Source: a virus
Lineage: Duplodnaviria > Caudoviricetes
Direction: 5' to 3' (one strand)
Length of the DNA stretch: 61,779 bases
Virus record (IMG/VR): IMGVR_UViG_3300048625_000096
Location: 1 to 61,779 of that record
The first letter of the stretch is position 1. Every line of letters starts with the position of its first letter. Shown piece after piece: positions 9,238-18,496 of this stretch. The notes below the pieces were generated by a model. It was given only the letters and a program-made list of their open reading frames with translations. It did no database searches and was not told where the DNA came from. Made by a program: the position numbers and the translations under genes.

Positions 9238-9959
9238 TATTTACGCAAGTCCTCTCCTAGGATACGCACACGAGTGAATGCTTCAAAGGCAAAACTGCCC
9301 ATGGCCTCACCGTACTGCTTCTTCCAGTTTTCACGGTTTACGTTAGTAGTAATAATAGTCGGTAAAGCCTTGTCATAGCGAGCACGAAGAACTTCATCGA
9401 AAGAAGTGTCATCATACTTTGAGCCATACTCTTTACCCAAGTCGTCAAGTACCAAGAGACGAACGTTCAAGTGGTCAAACTTTGAGCGACCGTGGAAGCC
9501 TTCCATCTCCTGATACAAGTCTTTACGAGAATCGCTATCTGCATCAATCAAAGCCTTCTTGCGAGATAGAAACTCTGGGAAGGTCATGTAGTAGATAGGG
9601 CGAGACTGCATACCGTAATCTTCAGCTTTCTTGATTCCAAGAATCTCACGAGCCTTGTCATCGTTCTCAGGAAGCTCACGAGCGAACTCCATAAGAGTTG
9701 TTACAGCGTGAGTGGTCTTACCAAGTCCAGGGCCACCATCAAACAGAAGCCCAGTACCTGTGATACCGAGGCCACCAATCTTCTTGATGATTTTACCTTC
9801 GATGGCTTGCTCTAGCCAGTTGTCAATCTCTTCTGGGAAAGTCCCAGTCTTCTTAACGATGTCTGCTGGTTCCAGTCCTAAAAAGCGACTTGGAATGTTT
9901 GCCCCACGCAGTAACCAGTGACGTTTCATTGGTGACAGCGTACTAATGTCATATGACAT
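9237..9959 (-). CDS. DnaC/IstB-like AAA+ helicase loader
   Basis: Walker A GGPGLGKT, Walker B LLVLDDLGKE, PTIITTN. Confidence 0.9.
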   Translation of the reverse strand: MSYDISTLSPMKRHWLLRGANIPSRFLGLEPADIVKKTGTFPEEIDNWLEQAIEGKIIKKIGGLGITGTGLLFDGGPGLGKTTHAVTTLMEFARELPENDDKAREILGIKKAEDYGMQSRPIYYMTFPEFLSRKKALIDADSDSRKDLYQEMEGFHGRSKFDHLNVRLLVLDDLGKEYGSKYDDTSFDEVLRARYDKALPTIITTNVNRENWKKQYGEAMGSFAFEAFTRVRILGEDLRK

Positions 9960-10963
9960 TATTCCCTCCTCAGTTTCTCCTCATAAAGTTCCAACGCCTT
10001 GCGCCCTGGCATTGAGTTGTCGAATCTTTTACCATCCGTAGCATAAACATACTCCGAAGCCTCGATGATGTCAACTACGGTTTCTTCTTCAAAGCCCAAG
10101 TTGTCAATCGCTTGCTTACCGTGGGTAGACAAAAGCTTCAGGTACATACGCCAAGCGTTGTGTGGTTCTTTCTTAACATCTGCCAAACGACGCTCATCGC
10201 CCATCAGCATATTCAAGACCTCAAGCTCAATCAAAGCGTTAGTGCCATGGTCTTTACGACGCTTACCCAGAATCGGAGCAAGCTTTGAGATGTTAATCAA
10301 ACCAGGGATACCACGAATCTTGTCATACAGCTGAGATGAAAACTCTGCAGCAACATCTGATGGTGTCCACTCTTGCTGAGGACGCTGGTGACGAGTCCTG
10401 GCGTCACGCTTGCTAGGTACAGGCTTCTTCTGAGAAGCAGGAACCTCACCATCCAGTAGACCAAACCCACCAATGCTGTCATCGTCATCTGACCAACGAT
10501 TAACCATCTTTACCTCCTTAAATCTTTCAACATTCAATTTTGGGGCATCGCCCCATAAAGAATACGAAGTATTCTTTACTTTAGCTTTAACTAACTTACT
10601 TGTATTACTAGTAGTTATATAGTCAGCTGTTGATGTTTCATTTTTGAAACACGGCAAAACAGCCATTTCTTTGATTTCAACCTCCCGAGTTTCAGATTTG
10701 AAACACGGTGACAACAACTGATATTTGTTCTTGTAGAACTTACCCAAGTTGCGTTTTGTACGGTGAGTATCGACTAGGCCCTTCTCTTCCAGACCAGACA
10801 TGTCACGCCAAATGGTAGTGCGAGATGAGCCTGTCAAGTCAGACAGACTCTCCATAGTTAACTCGACAACACCAGCAGAATTGCTGTGTCGGAACAGAAC
10901 AGCGAGCAGGTAGAACTCGCTAGGCTTTAGACCTAAATCTAAAACCTCATCTGGAATATTCAT
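9959..10963 (-). CDS. HTH replication initiator (putative)
   Basis: N-terminal wHTH (LSDLTGSSRTTIWRDMSGLEEKGLV) directly upstream of the DnaC-like gene; carries internal repeats. Confidence 0.7.
   Translation of the reverse strand: MNIPDEVLDLGLKPSEFYLLAVLFRHSNSAGVVELTMESLSDLTGSSRTTIWRDMSGLEEKGLVDTHRTKRNLGKFYKNKYQLLSPCFKSETREVEIKEMAVLPCFKNETSTADYITTSNTSKLVKAKVKNTSYSLWGDAPKLNVERFKEVKMVNRWSDDDDSIGGFGLLDGEVPASQKKPVPSKRDARTRHQRPQQEWTPSDVAAEFSSQLYDKIRGIPGLINISKLAPILGKRRKDHGTNALIELEVLNMLMGDERRLADVKKEPHNAWRMYLKLLSTHGKQAIDNLGFEEETVVDIIEASEYVYATDGKRFDNSMPGRKALELYEEKLRRE
10635..10708. repeat. two iteron-like palindromic repeats GTTTCA-N4-TGAAAC-ACGG (candidate origin)
   Basis: Copies at 10635-10654 and 10689-10708, adjacent to an AT-rich tract at ~10560-10620. 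Confidence 0.6.
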
Positions 10964-10971
10964 AGACCCCT

Positions 10972-11229
10972 CTATCGTCGATTAGTTAGATTAGTAACAC
11001 TAACAGGTCTATTGACGATAAGCAAAGCGAATAGGGCAAAAAAAGCAGCCGCGAAGGCACCGACGAACAGCTGAACTCCCAAATAGCCAAGCAGCCAAAG
11101 GCTGAGCACGCTTAAAGGGAGCGTAAGAATCATTTTGATAAGTTTTGGATTAGATACCAAAGATGAAAGAAGTTCGGTGATGTACCCTACGGCCATACCA
11201 GTAATTACGATTGAAATTAGAATGTCCAT
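10972..11229 (-). CDS. small membrane protein
   Basis: 85 aa, about three hydrophobic helices. Confidence 0.75.
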   Translation of the reverse strand: MDILISIVITGMAVGYITELLSSLVSNPKLIKMILTLPLSVLSLWLLGYLGVQLFVGAFAAAFFALFALLIVNRPVSVTNLTNRR

Positions 11230-11241
11230 AAGGACATCCTA

Positions 11242-13320
11242 TTATGAGATGCCTTTAAATTCTAGGCCAGAGTAAGTACTAATTGTGTAAGGTGTGAACA
11301 TCGGGAGATAGTTGCGAATCTCAGACACCAAACGAGGAATCTTAGTTACACGGTTAGGGTACAGTGCCGAGATAGAAGCGTGTGCGTCTCCACTCCAAAC
11401 TGCTCCGTTAAATACTCCTAGAGAACCATCAAAGTAGTCAGTTGGACTATAGCTGCTCTCAATTTGAGCATCATCAATATTCACTACATTTCCTGTAGTA
11501 GTTCCAGAAATAGTGCCTCTAATAGCTGCCGTAGTAAAATCTATTTCGTTAGGTAAGTGGATGGTTACTTTATTTCTAGTCCATTCAGACGAAGCGGTGA
11601 ATGGTGCTGATGTGATAGTTTGTGTTGGATTAAATCCATCGTCTACGGTCAAGGACATCGTCAACACCTCATCACCAGAAGGTGCGTTGAAGTATGCTGA
11701 GAATGTAAAGAATGAGTTAGGTAATATGGCTTCACTCACAGACTCTGTATAAAGCTCTGTAGTACCTACGTTGGTAGTTAGTTCTGCCATGTAACTCTCC
11801 CCATAAGCACCTACTAAAGTAGTAGCCACCTGGTCAATGGTTCCGTCAGTAGTCCAATCTACAAAATCAGTTCCAGCCCAGTTTTCAAAAGAAGGATTTT
11901 TAACAAGGTTGAGTTTATTAGGGTCTAGGAATACGTTAACAGCACGAGCCTCTTCGTATGAAGTAGCTGCCACTGGCCCACATTGAACCATGTCAACATT
12001 AAATATTCCCACAGAATCAAAAGTAATCTTAAAGCTAGCAAACACCGCCTCCGTAGGAGCAGTAGCTGCCATAGTATCGTCTTTTGCCCAAGTAGTGGTT
12101 GAAGTAATTCCAGTCCCAACGTCAGTAGAGATAGCTGCACCAAATTGGTCAAACCAAGTAATAGACGGCACTACACCTCCAACACCTTTTACGTAGTATG
12201 AGAATACATAATCAAAATCAGGGGTTACAGGGGTACCACGCGTAAATATGTTGATATCGCCATTGCTGATGTACGCCCCTGGAGCCGCTACATCTACTTT
12301 TCCTGTCCAATACAGGTCAACTGCTAAAGCTTCTGTAACTGGCACAGCTGTTGTATTGTCTGCCTCTACGGTAGCGTCATTGCTCGCAGTCCAGAATCCA
12401 ACACCTTCAGTGAATGAGCTGTCTTGGTCAGTTAGAAGGATGTTGTTAGAGAGTGTGATTGTTGGGGCGTACCCAGTAAGGCTTTCCACCATAGTTTCTA
12501 AAGCAGTACGTGTACCCTTTCGAGAATACATGTAGCGTGCTTCACGAATCATTCTCTTCTGAGATTTAGTTGCAATAAATGGCTCAAGAGTTAGTCCGAG
12601 CTGATTGGCCTGTAGCTGCAGGATAGCGGGGTTACTAGAGCGGCCCGAATGCTGAGGTTTTAATAAGTCAGCGTAGGTAGTAGTTTCGTCAAAAGAAAGG
12701 GCCAAAGCACCCAGGAAACGATAGAGAAAGGACTCTTTATCAACAGCGTCCAGAGGCGATTGAGATGCAGAAGTAAATACTCTAGGAAGAAGGTCTACCA
12801 TCTTATCGTGAGTACTTAATAGGTCTAAGCTAGAGTACTCGCGTGCTTCACTGGTGACTCCCTCTGAAGGGTCGTGGTCTTCGATACCAGTTCTAGTGGT
12901 TTCTCTAGAAGTCTTAGAGGAATGTTCTGTAGGGATAAGTACGTAAATATCTCCAGCTGGGTACCAGACATGGTCAGACTTTTTTAGCCAAGCACGGTAG
13001 TAGGCAAAACGACCAGTAACAAATCTTGGATAAGAGTTATTAACTGAGTCTTCAAAACTAATGTCGCCAATTGCAGGGTCATTATACTTATCGAATACAA
13101 TAACCCCATCTTCAGGGGTCTCTGGAAATACATCCTGGTTGCGAACTATACGCATCTGAGAGAACGTTCCAGTAGGGAGTGTCCAGTCCAAACGAACCAG
13201 ACCAGAGTCAGCCGTGTGGTCCAGTACTACTGCTGAAAAAGGATTGATAGTGTATGCCAGCTTAGCTGGGGTAGCACCATACGTTGCTTGGGAGTATTTA
13301 AACCGAGAGTATTTTGACAA
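11242..13320 (-). CDS. baseplate/tail protein (P2 gpI-like region with carbohydrate-binding-like repeats)
   Basis: R.MIREARYMYSRKGT..ALE gpI-like segment; NLVKNPSFE...; QIE...PTDYFDG. Confidence 0.7.
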   Translation of the reverse strand: MSKYSRFKYSQATYGATPAKLAYTINPFSAVVLDHTADSGLVRLDWTLPTGTFSQMRIVRNQDVFPETPEDGVIVFDKYNDPAIGDISFEDSVNNSYPRFVTGRFAYYRAWLKKSDHVWYPAGDIYVLIPTEHSSKTSRETTRTGIEDHDPSEGVTSEAREYSSLDLLSTHDKMVDLLPRVFTSASQSPLDAVDKESFLYRFLGALALSFDETTTYADLLKPQHSGRSSNPAILQLQANQLGLTLEPFIATKSQKRMIREARYMYSRKGTRTALETMVESLTGYAPTITLSNNILLTDQDSSFTEGVGFWTASNDATVEADNTTAVPVTEALAVDLYWTGKVDVAAPGAYISNGDINIFTRGTPVTPDFDYVFSYYVKGVGGVVPSITWFDQFGAAISTDVGTGITSTTTWAKDDTMAATAPTEAVFASFKITFDSVGIFNVDMVQCGPVAATSYEEARAVNVFLDPNKLNLVKNPSFENWAGTDFVDWTTDGTIDQVATTLVGAYGESYMAELTTNVGTTELYTESVSEAILPNSFFTFSAYFNAPSGDEVLTMSLTVDDGFNPTQTITSAPFTASSEWTRNKVTIHLPNEIDFTTAAIRGTISGTTTGNVVNIDDAQIESSYSPTDYFDGSLGVFNGAVWSGDAHASISALYPNRVTKIPRLVSEIRNYLPMFTPYTISTYSGLEFKGIS

Positions 13321-13323
13321 TTA

Positions 13324-13941
13324 CTATGCCCCCATCAATAGGAACCCTAGTTCGTAGCCAAACTCACCTGCAGGACCAGTAGGTCCTACAAATTCATTTG
13401 TAGCTTCAAACCAAGCCGATACTCCATCATAAATGTAGAGACGTCCGTCAGTAGTGTTAAGCCAAGCCATACCAGGAACTGGAGAGGAAGGAGCTGTAGT
13501 AGAGATTACATAGTATGATTCAGGGCCAGTTGGGCCAGTTGGTCCAGTAGGGCCAGTAACGGCAGGTCCTGTAGGGCCCGTAGGACCTCCAGAAGGACCA
13601 GTAGGGCCAGTAGGGCCAATTGAACCTGTTGGGCCCGTAGGGCCAGCAGGGATGGCTGATATGGATGTATCTACGTAGTCCGTAGTAGCGTAATCTGCAA
13701 AGAGGGTGTAAACACCGTGCTCTAGATTTTGAATACGGTCTCGTACAGTTCCCCAGTTAGTAGTGGTGCTGTTAAAAGTTCCGCTACCCCAAACAGAGCT
13801 GATAGCAGGATTGAGCCCAACAGTACTAGCAATCGCAGTAACTTCGTCATAAAGGACGTTTACATCTGCCGCTAGAACAAGGTCACGAAGGTCTACTCTT
13901 TGAGAAAACGTGACCGTTGTATTTGGGTAATTCGCTGCCAT
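13324..13941 (-). CDS. short collagen-like tail fibre/adaptor
   Basis: GPT repeats, TAPSSP..G..W module, C-terminal FLLMGA. Confidence 0.75.
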   Translation of the reverse strand: MAANYPNTTVTFSQRVDLRDLVLAADVNVLYDEVTAIASTVGLNPAISSVWGSGTFNSTTTNWGTVRDRIQNLEHGVYTLFADYATTDYVDTSISAIPAGPTGPTGSIGPTGPTGPSGGPTGPTGPAVTGPTGPTGPTGPESYYVISTTAPSSPVPGMAWLNTTDGRLYIYDGVSAWFEATNEFVGPTGPAGEFGYELGFLLMGA

Positions 13942-13994
13942 AATATCTCCTAGGTCTTTATCTATTTTGACGGTTATTGTAGGTTTTTACTGCC

Positions 13995-14423
13995 TTAACC
14001 GAGTGCGGCAATAGCCGCTTCAAGCTCTTTAATCTTTTTCGCCATAGCTACTAGGGATGCTGTTAAGTCTAGTTCTGTGGTTCCATCAGAAAACTTTGAT
14101 ACAACTAGCGGTTCTGGAGCTGACTTTATTGGCTTAATGAGTACGTGGTTAGACTTCTCCACATTCTTTCCAAAAGTACCGACCCAAATTGGGTGTGAAG
14201 GGTCTCCACCTTCAAACATCACCCATACACCTTGACCAACAGCAGGAGACTGCACTTTAGTACTAGCAGTTTCCATAGGCCATGCCCACTCAGTTACTTG
14301 GTCGTTTAGTACTTGTGGAACCTTTAGTCGTATGCGTCTCTTATTAAGTGGGTCCTTACTGCTATGGACTACACCACGGTATACCCCATAGAATTTACGT
14401 GCTCCTGATTCGTCCTTTATCAT
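13995..14423 (-). CDS. baseplate spike gpV/gp5 N-terminal OB-fold protein
   Basis: GVYRGVV...DPLNKRRIRLKVPQV...WA.P...P.VGQGVWVMFEGGDPSHPIWVG. Confidence 0.9.
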   Translation of the reverse strand: MIKDESGARKFYGVYRGVVHSSKDPLNKRRIRLKVPQVLNDQVTEWAWPMETASTKVQSPAVGQGVWVMFEGGDPSHPIWVGTFGKNVEKSNHVLIKPIKSAPEPLVVSKFSDGTTELDLTASLVAMAKKIKELEAAIAALG

Positions 14424-16516
14424 TAGGCCGCTCTAGTGAGTGTGATGATGTAAACGCGAGTAGTCACTCCATCTTCAGCGGTTACTGTGATGATTACAGG
14501 CGTAGTTCCCACAGGGGTTAGTATGGCTCCACTAGGGTCACCAGACAATACTGCTGTGCCATTTACATCGATAGTAGATAGCGCAGACGCTACTTCTGGG
14601 GTTACTGTGATATCTGTAGTGCCGTCTGGTAAAGCCACAGCGTAGTTGACCACTGATGGATGGAATGTTGGTGCCAAAGTTCCATCACTAAGTATTAGTG
14701 AGGATAGTGCTGTAGATGAGTAGATAGTCATGTCATCTTCTTCAAAAACAAATAACTCATTAGCTCCACCGACAAGTAGTTCACGAGCTGGTGGGGTAAG
14801 AGGAGGAACTGCAGCTCGATACAGTTGCTTAACTTGAACAGACGCAACACCCTCTACCGAACGTAGCGCGAACTCTACGTCTTCTGGGTAAATTAGTGCT
14901 GAGAAAGTAGCGTTAGAGTAATCAAATATAGATGCCAGCGCGCTCTTGATGTTGCTGGTAACGACTTCATCCGTAAACTGAGGAAGTTTATTGAACTGGA
15001 TTTCGATAGCGACAGATGCATACACTGGAGGAGCTACGGTTAAAGTAGTTCCAATCTGTAGCTTGTCACTAAGCTGAGAAAGTACGGCATCTTTTAAGCT
15101 GAGCCATGCTGGAGTGAGTTGTCCACCATCAGCAGGTCTTGCATCATATCCTGGAAATTGGAATGGGTCAGTAGGGTCTGGGTTAGGTCCTACGAAAACA
15201 GTTACTGCCTGACGTGTCTCAGCTACAGCACTGGTCTTTCCAACTTCACTTACAGACAATGCAAGGTTTGCATAGTCCTGGACAGTGACTGCTCTATTCT
15301 GTGCCGTAAAAGCAATAGGCGCAGCAAAACGGATATTGTCGTTGCTCTCAGGCTCCGAACCGCCAAGGCCAGCCGTATTCTGTAAAGTACACACTGAGCT
15401 AATAGTTGAAATCTCTTCAGGAGTCTTGCCTGGGATGTTAAAGATATCGTAGATAATTCCAGCAGGTACGTTACCTAACACACCTCCACCAATTAGATAG
15501 TCTACTTTAATGTTGGTTAGATTTGAAGGGATAGCTCCAGATACTCCATCACCGAAATTGATGTAAACAAAATTGTCAGCGTCTGTAGTAATGTAGTAAA
15601 CAGCTTCATTAGGTCCAGAGTCTGTGATATGGGTTACTTGGGTCCATTGCTGGTAGGTATCTCCGTTTTGTACGTAGACTTTGGTAGTACCTTCTACAAC
15701 CTGATTTTCTGCTAGCTGGTACACCTGGTCTGGAAGACCATTTGAGGTACCAATCCATTCACCAGCTACATCGAAGTCATCTTGTGGCAAGTTTTCTGTC
15801 CTGGACCCCGCCCATTCACCATTAATGGCTGGAACTACCGAGACTTGTTGGTCAGCAATAAACACATCTTCAGTAGTAGTAAAGAATAGCTGTCGTACCT
15901 CATCCTCACAAACCACGTCAATAGAGAACTGAGTACCAGTAGGCAGAGTAGTTGCGATGGTGTAAGTATCAGCAGTTCCAGATACAGAAGCAGATGGAAC
16001 GTCCGTGTTGGTCACCGCATAAGAAATGGTGTCTAGTCCTACAGTAGTAATCGTGAATACCCCATCAAAAGGAGCTCCAACAGAAGTAACCTGTACTTCA
16101 TCACCAACAATGAACTCATGTTCGATAGATAAGGTTAGGGTAACTACGTTGCTAGTTAGCTCTGCAGTAGTAACTGCGTATCTGGTTCCTGCGGTATTAG
16201 TGATTGTTACATCTAATGTAGAGGCGAGGTATCCTGTAGGTAGATATCCCAAGCTAGAGGCAATCTCTAGTATGCTCTGTCTTTGTGTAGCCGTAGCTAG
16301 GTAATTCTCATTAGCTACTCGGTCAACATAGTAGTTTAATTGGTCACCCATAAAGGCGAACGCCTCAATAAGCGCCACACCGAAGTCAGCTGAGTCAGTA
16401 CCCGTCCACTCAGGTACACGAGATTTGACTCTGGTAACCAGTTCTTCTCGCAAAGCATAGTAATCTCTACTTGTGTAGTCTGAAGAAACGGGAATGTTGC
16501 TTACTGGGGATGTCAT
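14423..16516 (-). CDS. baseplate wedge protein (J/gp6-like) with C-terminal cadherin-like domain
   Basis: DYTSRDY, DFGVALIEAFA, FGDG..G.IP, ESND.IR, RAVTVQDY; C-terminal VTAEDG.TTRVY. Confidence 0.9.
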   Translation of the reverse strand: MTSPVSNIPVSSDYTSRDYYALREELVTRVKSRVPEWTGTDSADFGVALIEAFAFMGDQLNYYVDRVANENYLATATQRQSILEIASSLGYLPTGYLASTLDVTITNTAGTRYAVTTAELTSNVVTLTLSIEHEFIVGDEVQVTSVGAPFDGVFTITTVGLDTISYAVTNTDVPSASVSGTADTYTIATTLPTGTQFSIDVVCEDEVRQLFFTTTEDVFIADQQVSVVPAINGEWAGSRTENLPQDDFDVAGEWIGTSNGLPDQVYQLAENQVVEGTTKVYVQNGDTYQQWTQVTHITDSGPNEAVYYITTDADNFVYINFGDGVSGAIPSNLTNIKVDYLIGGGVLGNVPAGIIYDIFNIPGKTPEEISTISSVCTLQNTAGLGGSEPESNDNIRFAAPIAFTAQNRAVTVQDYANLALSVSEVGKTSAVAETRQAVTVFVGPNPDPTDPFQFPGYDARPADGGQLTPAWLSLKDAVLSQLSDKLQIGTTLTVAPPVYASVAIEIQFNKLPQFTDEVVTSNIKSALASIFDYSNATFSALIYPEDVEFALRSVEGVASVQVKQLYRAAVPPLTPPARELLVGGANELFVFEEDDMTIYSSTALSSLILSDGTLAPTFHPSVVNYAVALPDGTTDITVTPEVASALSTIDVNGTAVLSGDPSGAILTPVGTTPVIITVTAEDGVTTRVYIITLTRAA

Positions 16517-16929
16517 AGGTTCTCCTCATTCAAAGGCTTGTTTTTAGAAAGGTTAGCAAGTCCAATAACTTCAGTAGCCTCTTCCTCATTAGGAAGGCTG
16601 TAAACTATGTTTGCTGTAATTATTTGGGTGTAGTCATCTAGGACTACGGTCACTTCATCCAAAGTCAAGAGCGGCAATTGGGTAAGGAATACCCTTTCAA
16701 TCTCTCGTTCAATGTTGTCTATCACCATGTCAGAAGTATCCCATAACATATTAGGTACATTAGTGCCCAACTCTGGATGCATAACCCTCTCAGAGTACAT
16801 AGTTCCAATAATAGAACGAACACGGTCTGCCCAAATTTTGTTCTGTTGAGTGCTGATAGTGACATTTCCGTAGTAATCTACAGAAAAAGGGAGAGCAATA
16901 GTCTTCTCAGCAATAGGCTTATTAATCAT
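16513..16929 (-). CDS. gp25/GPW-like baseplate protein
   Basis: LPF, T...ERVMHPELGT motif. Confidence 0.85.
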   Translation of the reverse strand: MINKPIAEKTIALPFSVDYYGNVTISTQQNKIWADRVRSIIGTMYSERVMHPELGTNVPNMLWDTSDMVIDNIEREIERVFLTQLPLLTLDEVTVVLDDYTQIITANIVYSLPNEEEATEVIGLANLSKNKPLNEENL

Positions 16930-18209
16930 TAGCAGACCCTCCTAGGACCTTCATTATTTGCTTTCCATAAAGAAGGAGTTCTGTTGAATCCCTGTGATGA
17001 CTCAATGTAAACTTCGGCTTTACTAATTAATTTTACCGTAGAGTTATTAGTAGTTATGGTCTTGTTCTCTAAAGCTGCAGCTATGTCTACTAGTCCTTTA
17101 GAGGACCTAGGAGCGGGCCTCTTCTTAGAATTAGGTCCTGTACCATCAGTACTCAAAGTTAGGTCTGCGGTATATACGCCTTTTCCATTAATATGGTGCT
17201 TCACAGAATTAATAATCCAGTAACCATCAGTCTCAATGCCTGTTCCGTCAATGTACACAGGAGAGAAAGGCTTAAGTCTTGGGTCTCCTTGTGCACGAGC
17301 CTTGGCTGGAATGTTTAGTCTAGCTAGGGCAGCAGACGCTACAGCAGTATGTTTTGATGAAGCCATGTCATTAACTACTTGAGAGCTCATGTGCTCTTCA
17401 AAAAGAACGTCACCAACTTTTGCTCTAAGATTCTTACCCAGCACCTTAGGATTTTGTTTAGAGGAGAATGCTCTATTAGTTAGTGGGTTAACTCCAGCTA
17501 CACTCTTATTAGTTCGTAGCACTCTATTAGCCTCAATGTTTTCACCATTAAGTACTTCAAAGTGGTCCAAGGTCTTATCTAAAAAGAGAGTTCCACTAGG
17601 CAACTGGTTATTAAAGCTACTAAGTACTGCTGAGTTAGAGATAGATTGGTCAAGTAGCTTATCTAACGGTCTAAACACTAGCGTAACGCCATCCATCATA
17701 GCGCCATAGCCAATGCGTGCTGCTTGCTCTTGAATCCATTCCCAGTAAGAATGTCCAGAGATAGTTAGCTGTGCAAAACGTCTCGGATGTGATTCCCCTA
17801 CAAACTTTAGCCCATGCTTACGGGCAATCCAAGAAACTGCCTCGGTGATAGTCTTGTTTTTAAATACTTTATTTGAGCGTTCTTTAAGTGGGTAGGACGC
17901 ACCGATACAGCGAATTTTAAACAGCACTCTTCTTTGAGAAGTAGTTGTTTTTTCTACGTGAGAAACGTACGCGTGAATTGTTCTAGACTGAGTGCCTTGC
18001 TTCCACGATGCCACTACTGGAACACCTGTCTTTAGTACTTTAAATACTTTTTCACTAGAGGTTAGGTACTCAATCGTAAGAACATCATGGCTACCCATTT
18101 TCTGAATAATATCGATACTATTTGGCTTTACCTTTATAGACGGTACAGTAGGAAATTTAATTGAAAAGGTAGTACTTCTACGATATTTTGAGACTAAGTA
18201 TTTAGACAT
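16929..18209 (-). CDS. baseplate hub (gpD/gp27-like)
   Basis: IARKHGL, SYWEWI, GDPRL.P...IDG.G...DGYW....V.H; synteny. Confidence 0.8.
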   Translation of the reverse strand: MSKYLVSKYRRSTTFSIKFPTVPSIKVKPNSIDIIQKMGSHDVLTIEYLTSSEKVFKVLKTGVPVVASWKQGTQSRTIHAYVSHVEKTTTSQRRVLFKIRCIGASYPLKERSNKVFKNKTITEAVSWIARKHGLKFVGESHPRRFAQLTISGHSYWEWIQEQAARIGYGAMMDGVTLVFRPLDKLLDQSISNSAVLSSFNNQLPSGTLFLDKTLDHFEVLNGENIEANRVLRTNKSVAGVNPLTNRAFSSKQNPKVLGKNLRAKVGDVLFEEHMSSQVVNDMASSKHTAVASAALARLNIPAKARAQGDPRLKPFSPVYIDGTGIETDGYWIINSVKHHINGKGVYTADLTLSTDGTGPNSKKRPAPRSSKGLVDIAAALENKTITTNNSTVKLISKAEVYIESSQGFNRTPSLWKANNEGPRRVC

Positions 18210-18477
18210 TAGGAATCCTAAGAATTGTACCTACTTGTATATCTGAAGGGTTTAGAATCTCAGGATTAAAGTCCATGATTTGCCACCAAGCGTCAGCACT
18301 ACCTAGAAACTTATTGGCAATGATGTCCAGTCGGTCACGTTCTACCCATGTATAGTAAAAGAACTTAGCAGTTTGCTCGGGGAAAGAGCGGAGTACAGTT
18401 ACCGAGTAGTTGCCTTTTCTAGCGTCATTAGCTTTAAATATGCGGCCATCAGCATACCTACTATTTGAGAAAATCAC
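18202..18477 (-). CDS. LysM/gpX-like baseplate protein
   Basis: DRLDIIANKFLG...WWQIMDFNPEILNP..I.VG..LRIP. Confidence 0.88.
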   Translation of the reverse strand: MIFSNSRYADGRIFKANDARKGNYSVTVLRSFPEQTAKFFYYTWVERDRLDIIANKFLGSADAWWQIMDFNPEILNPSDIQVGTILRIPNV

Positions 18478-18496
18478 GGTTTTTCCTATCTTAAAG

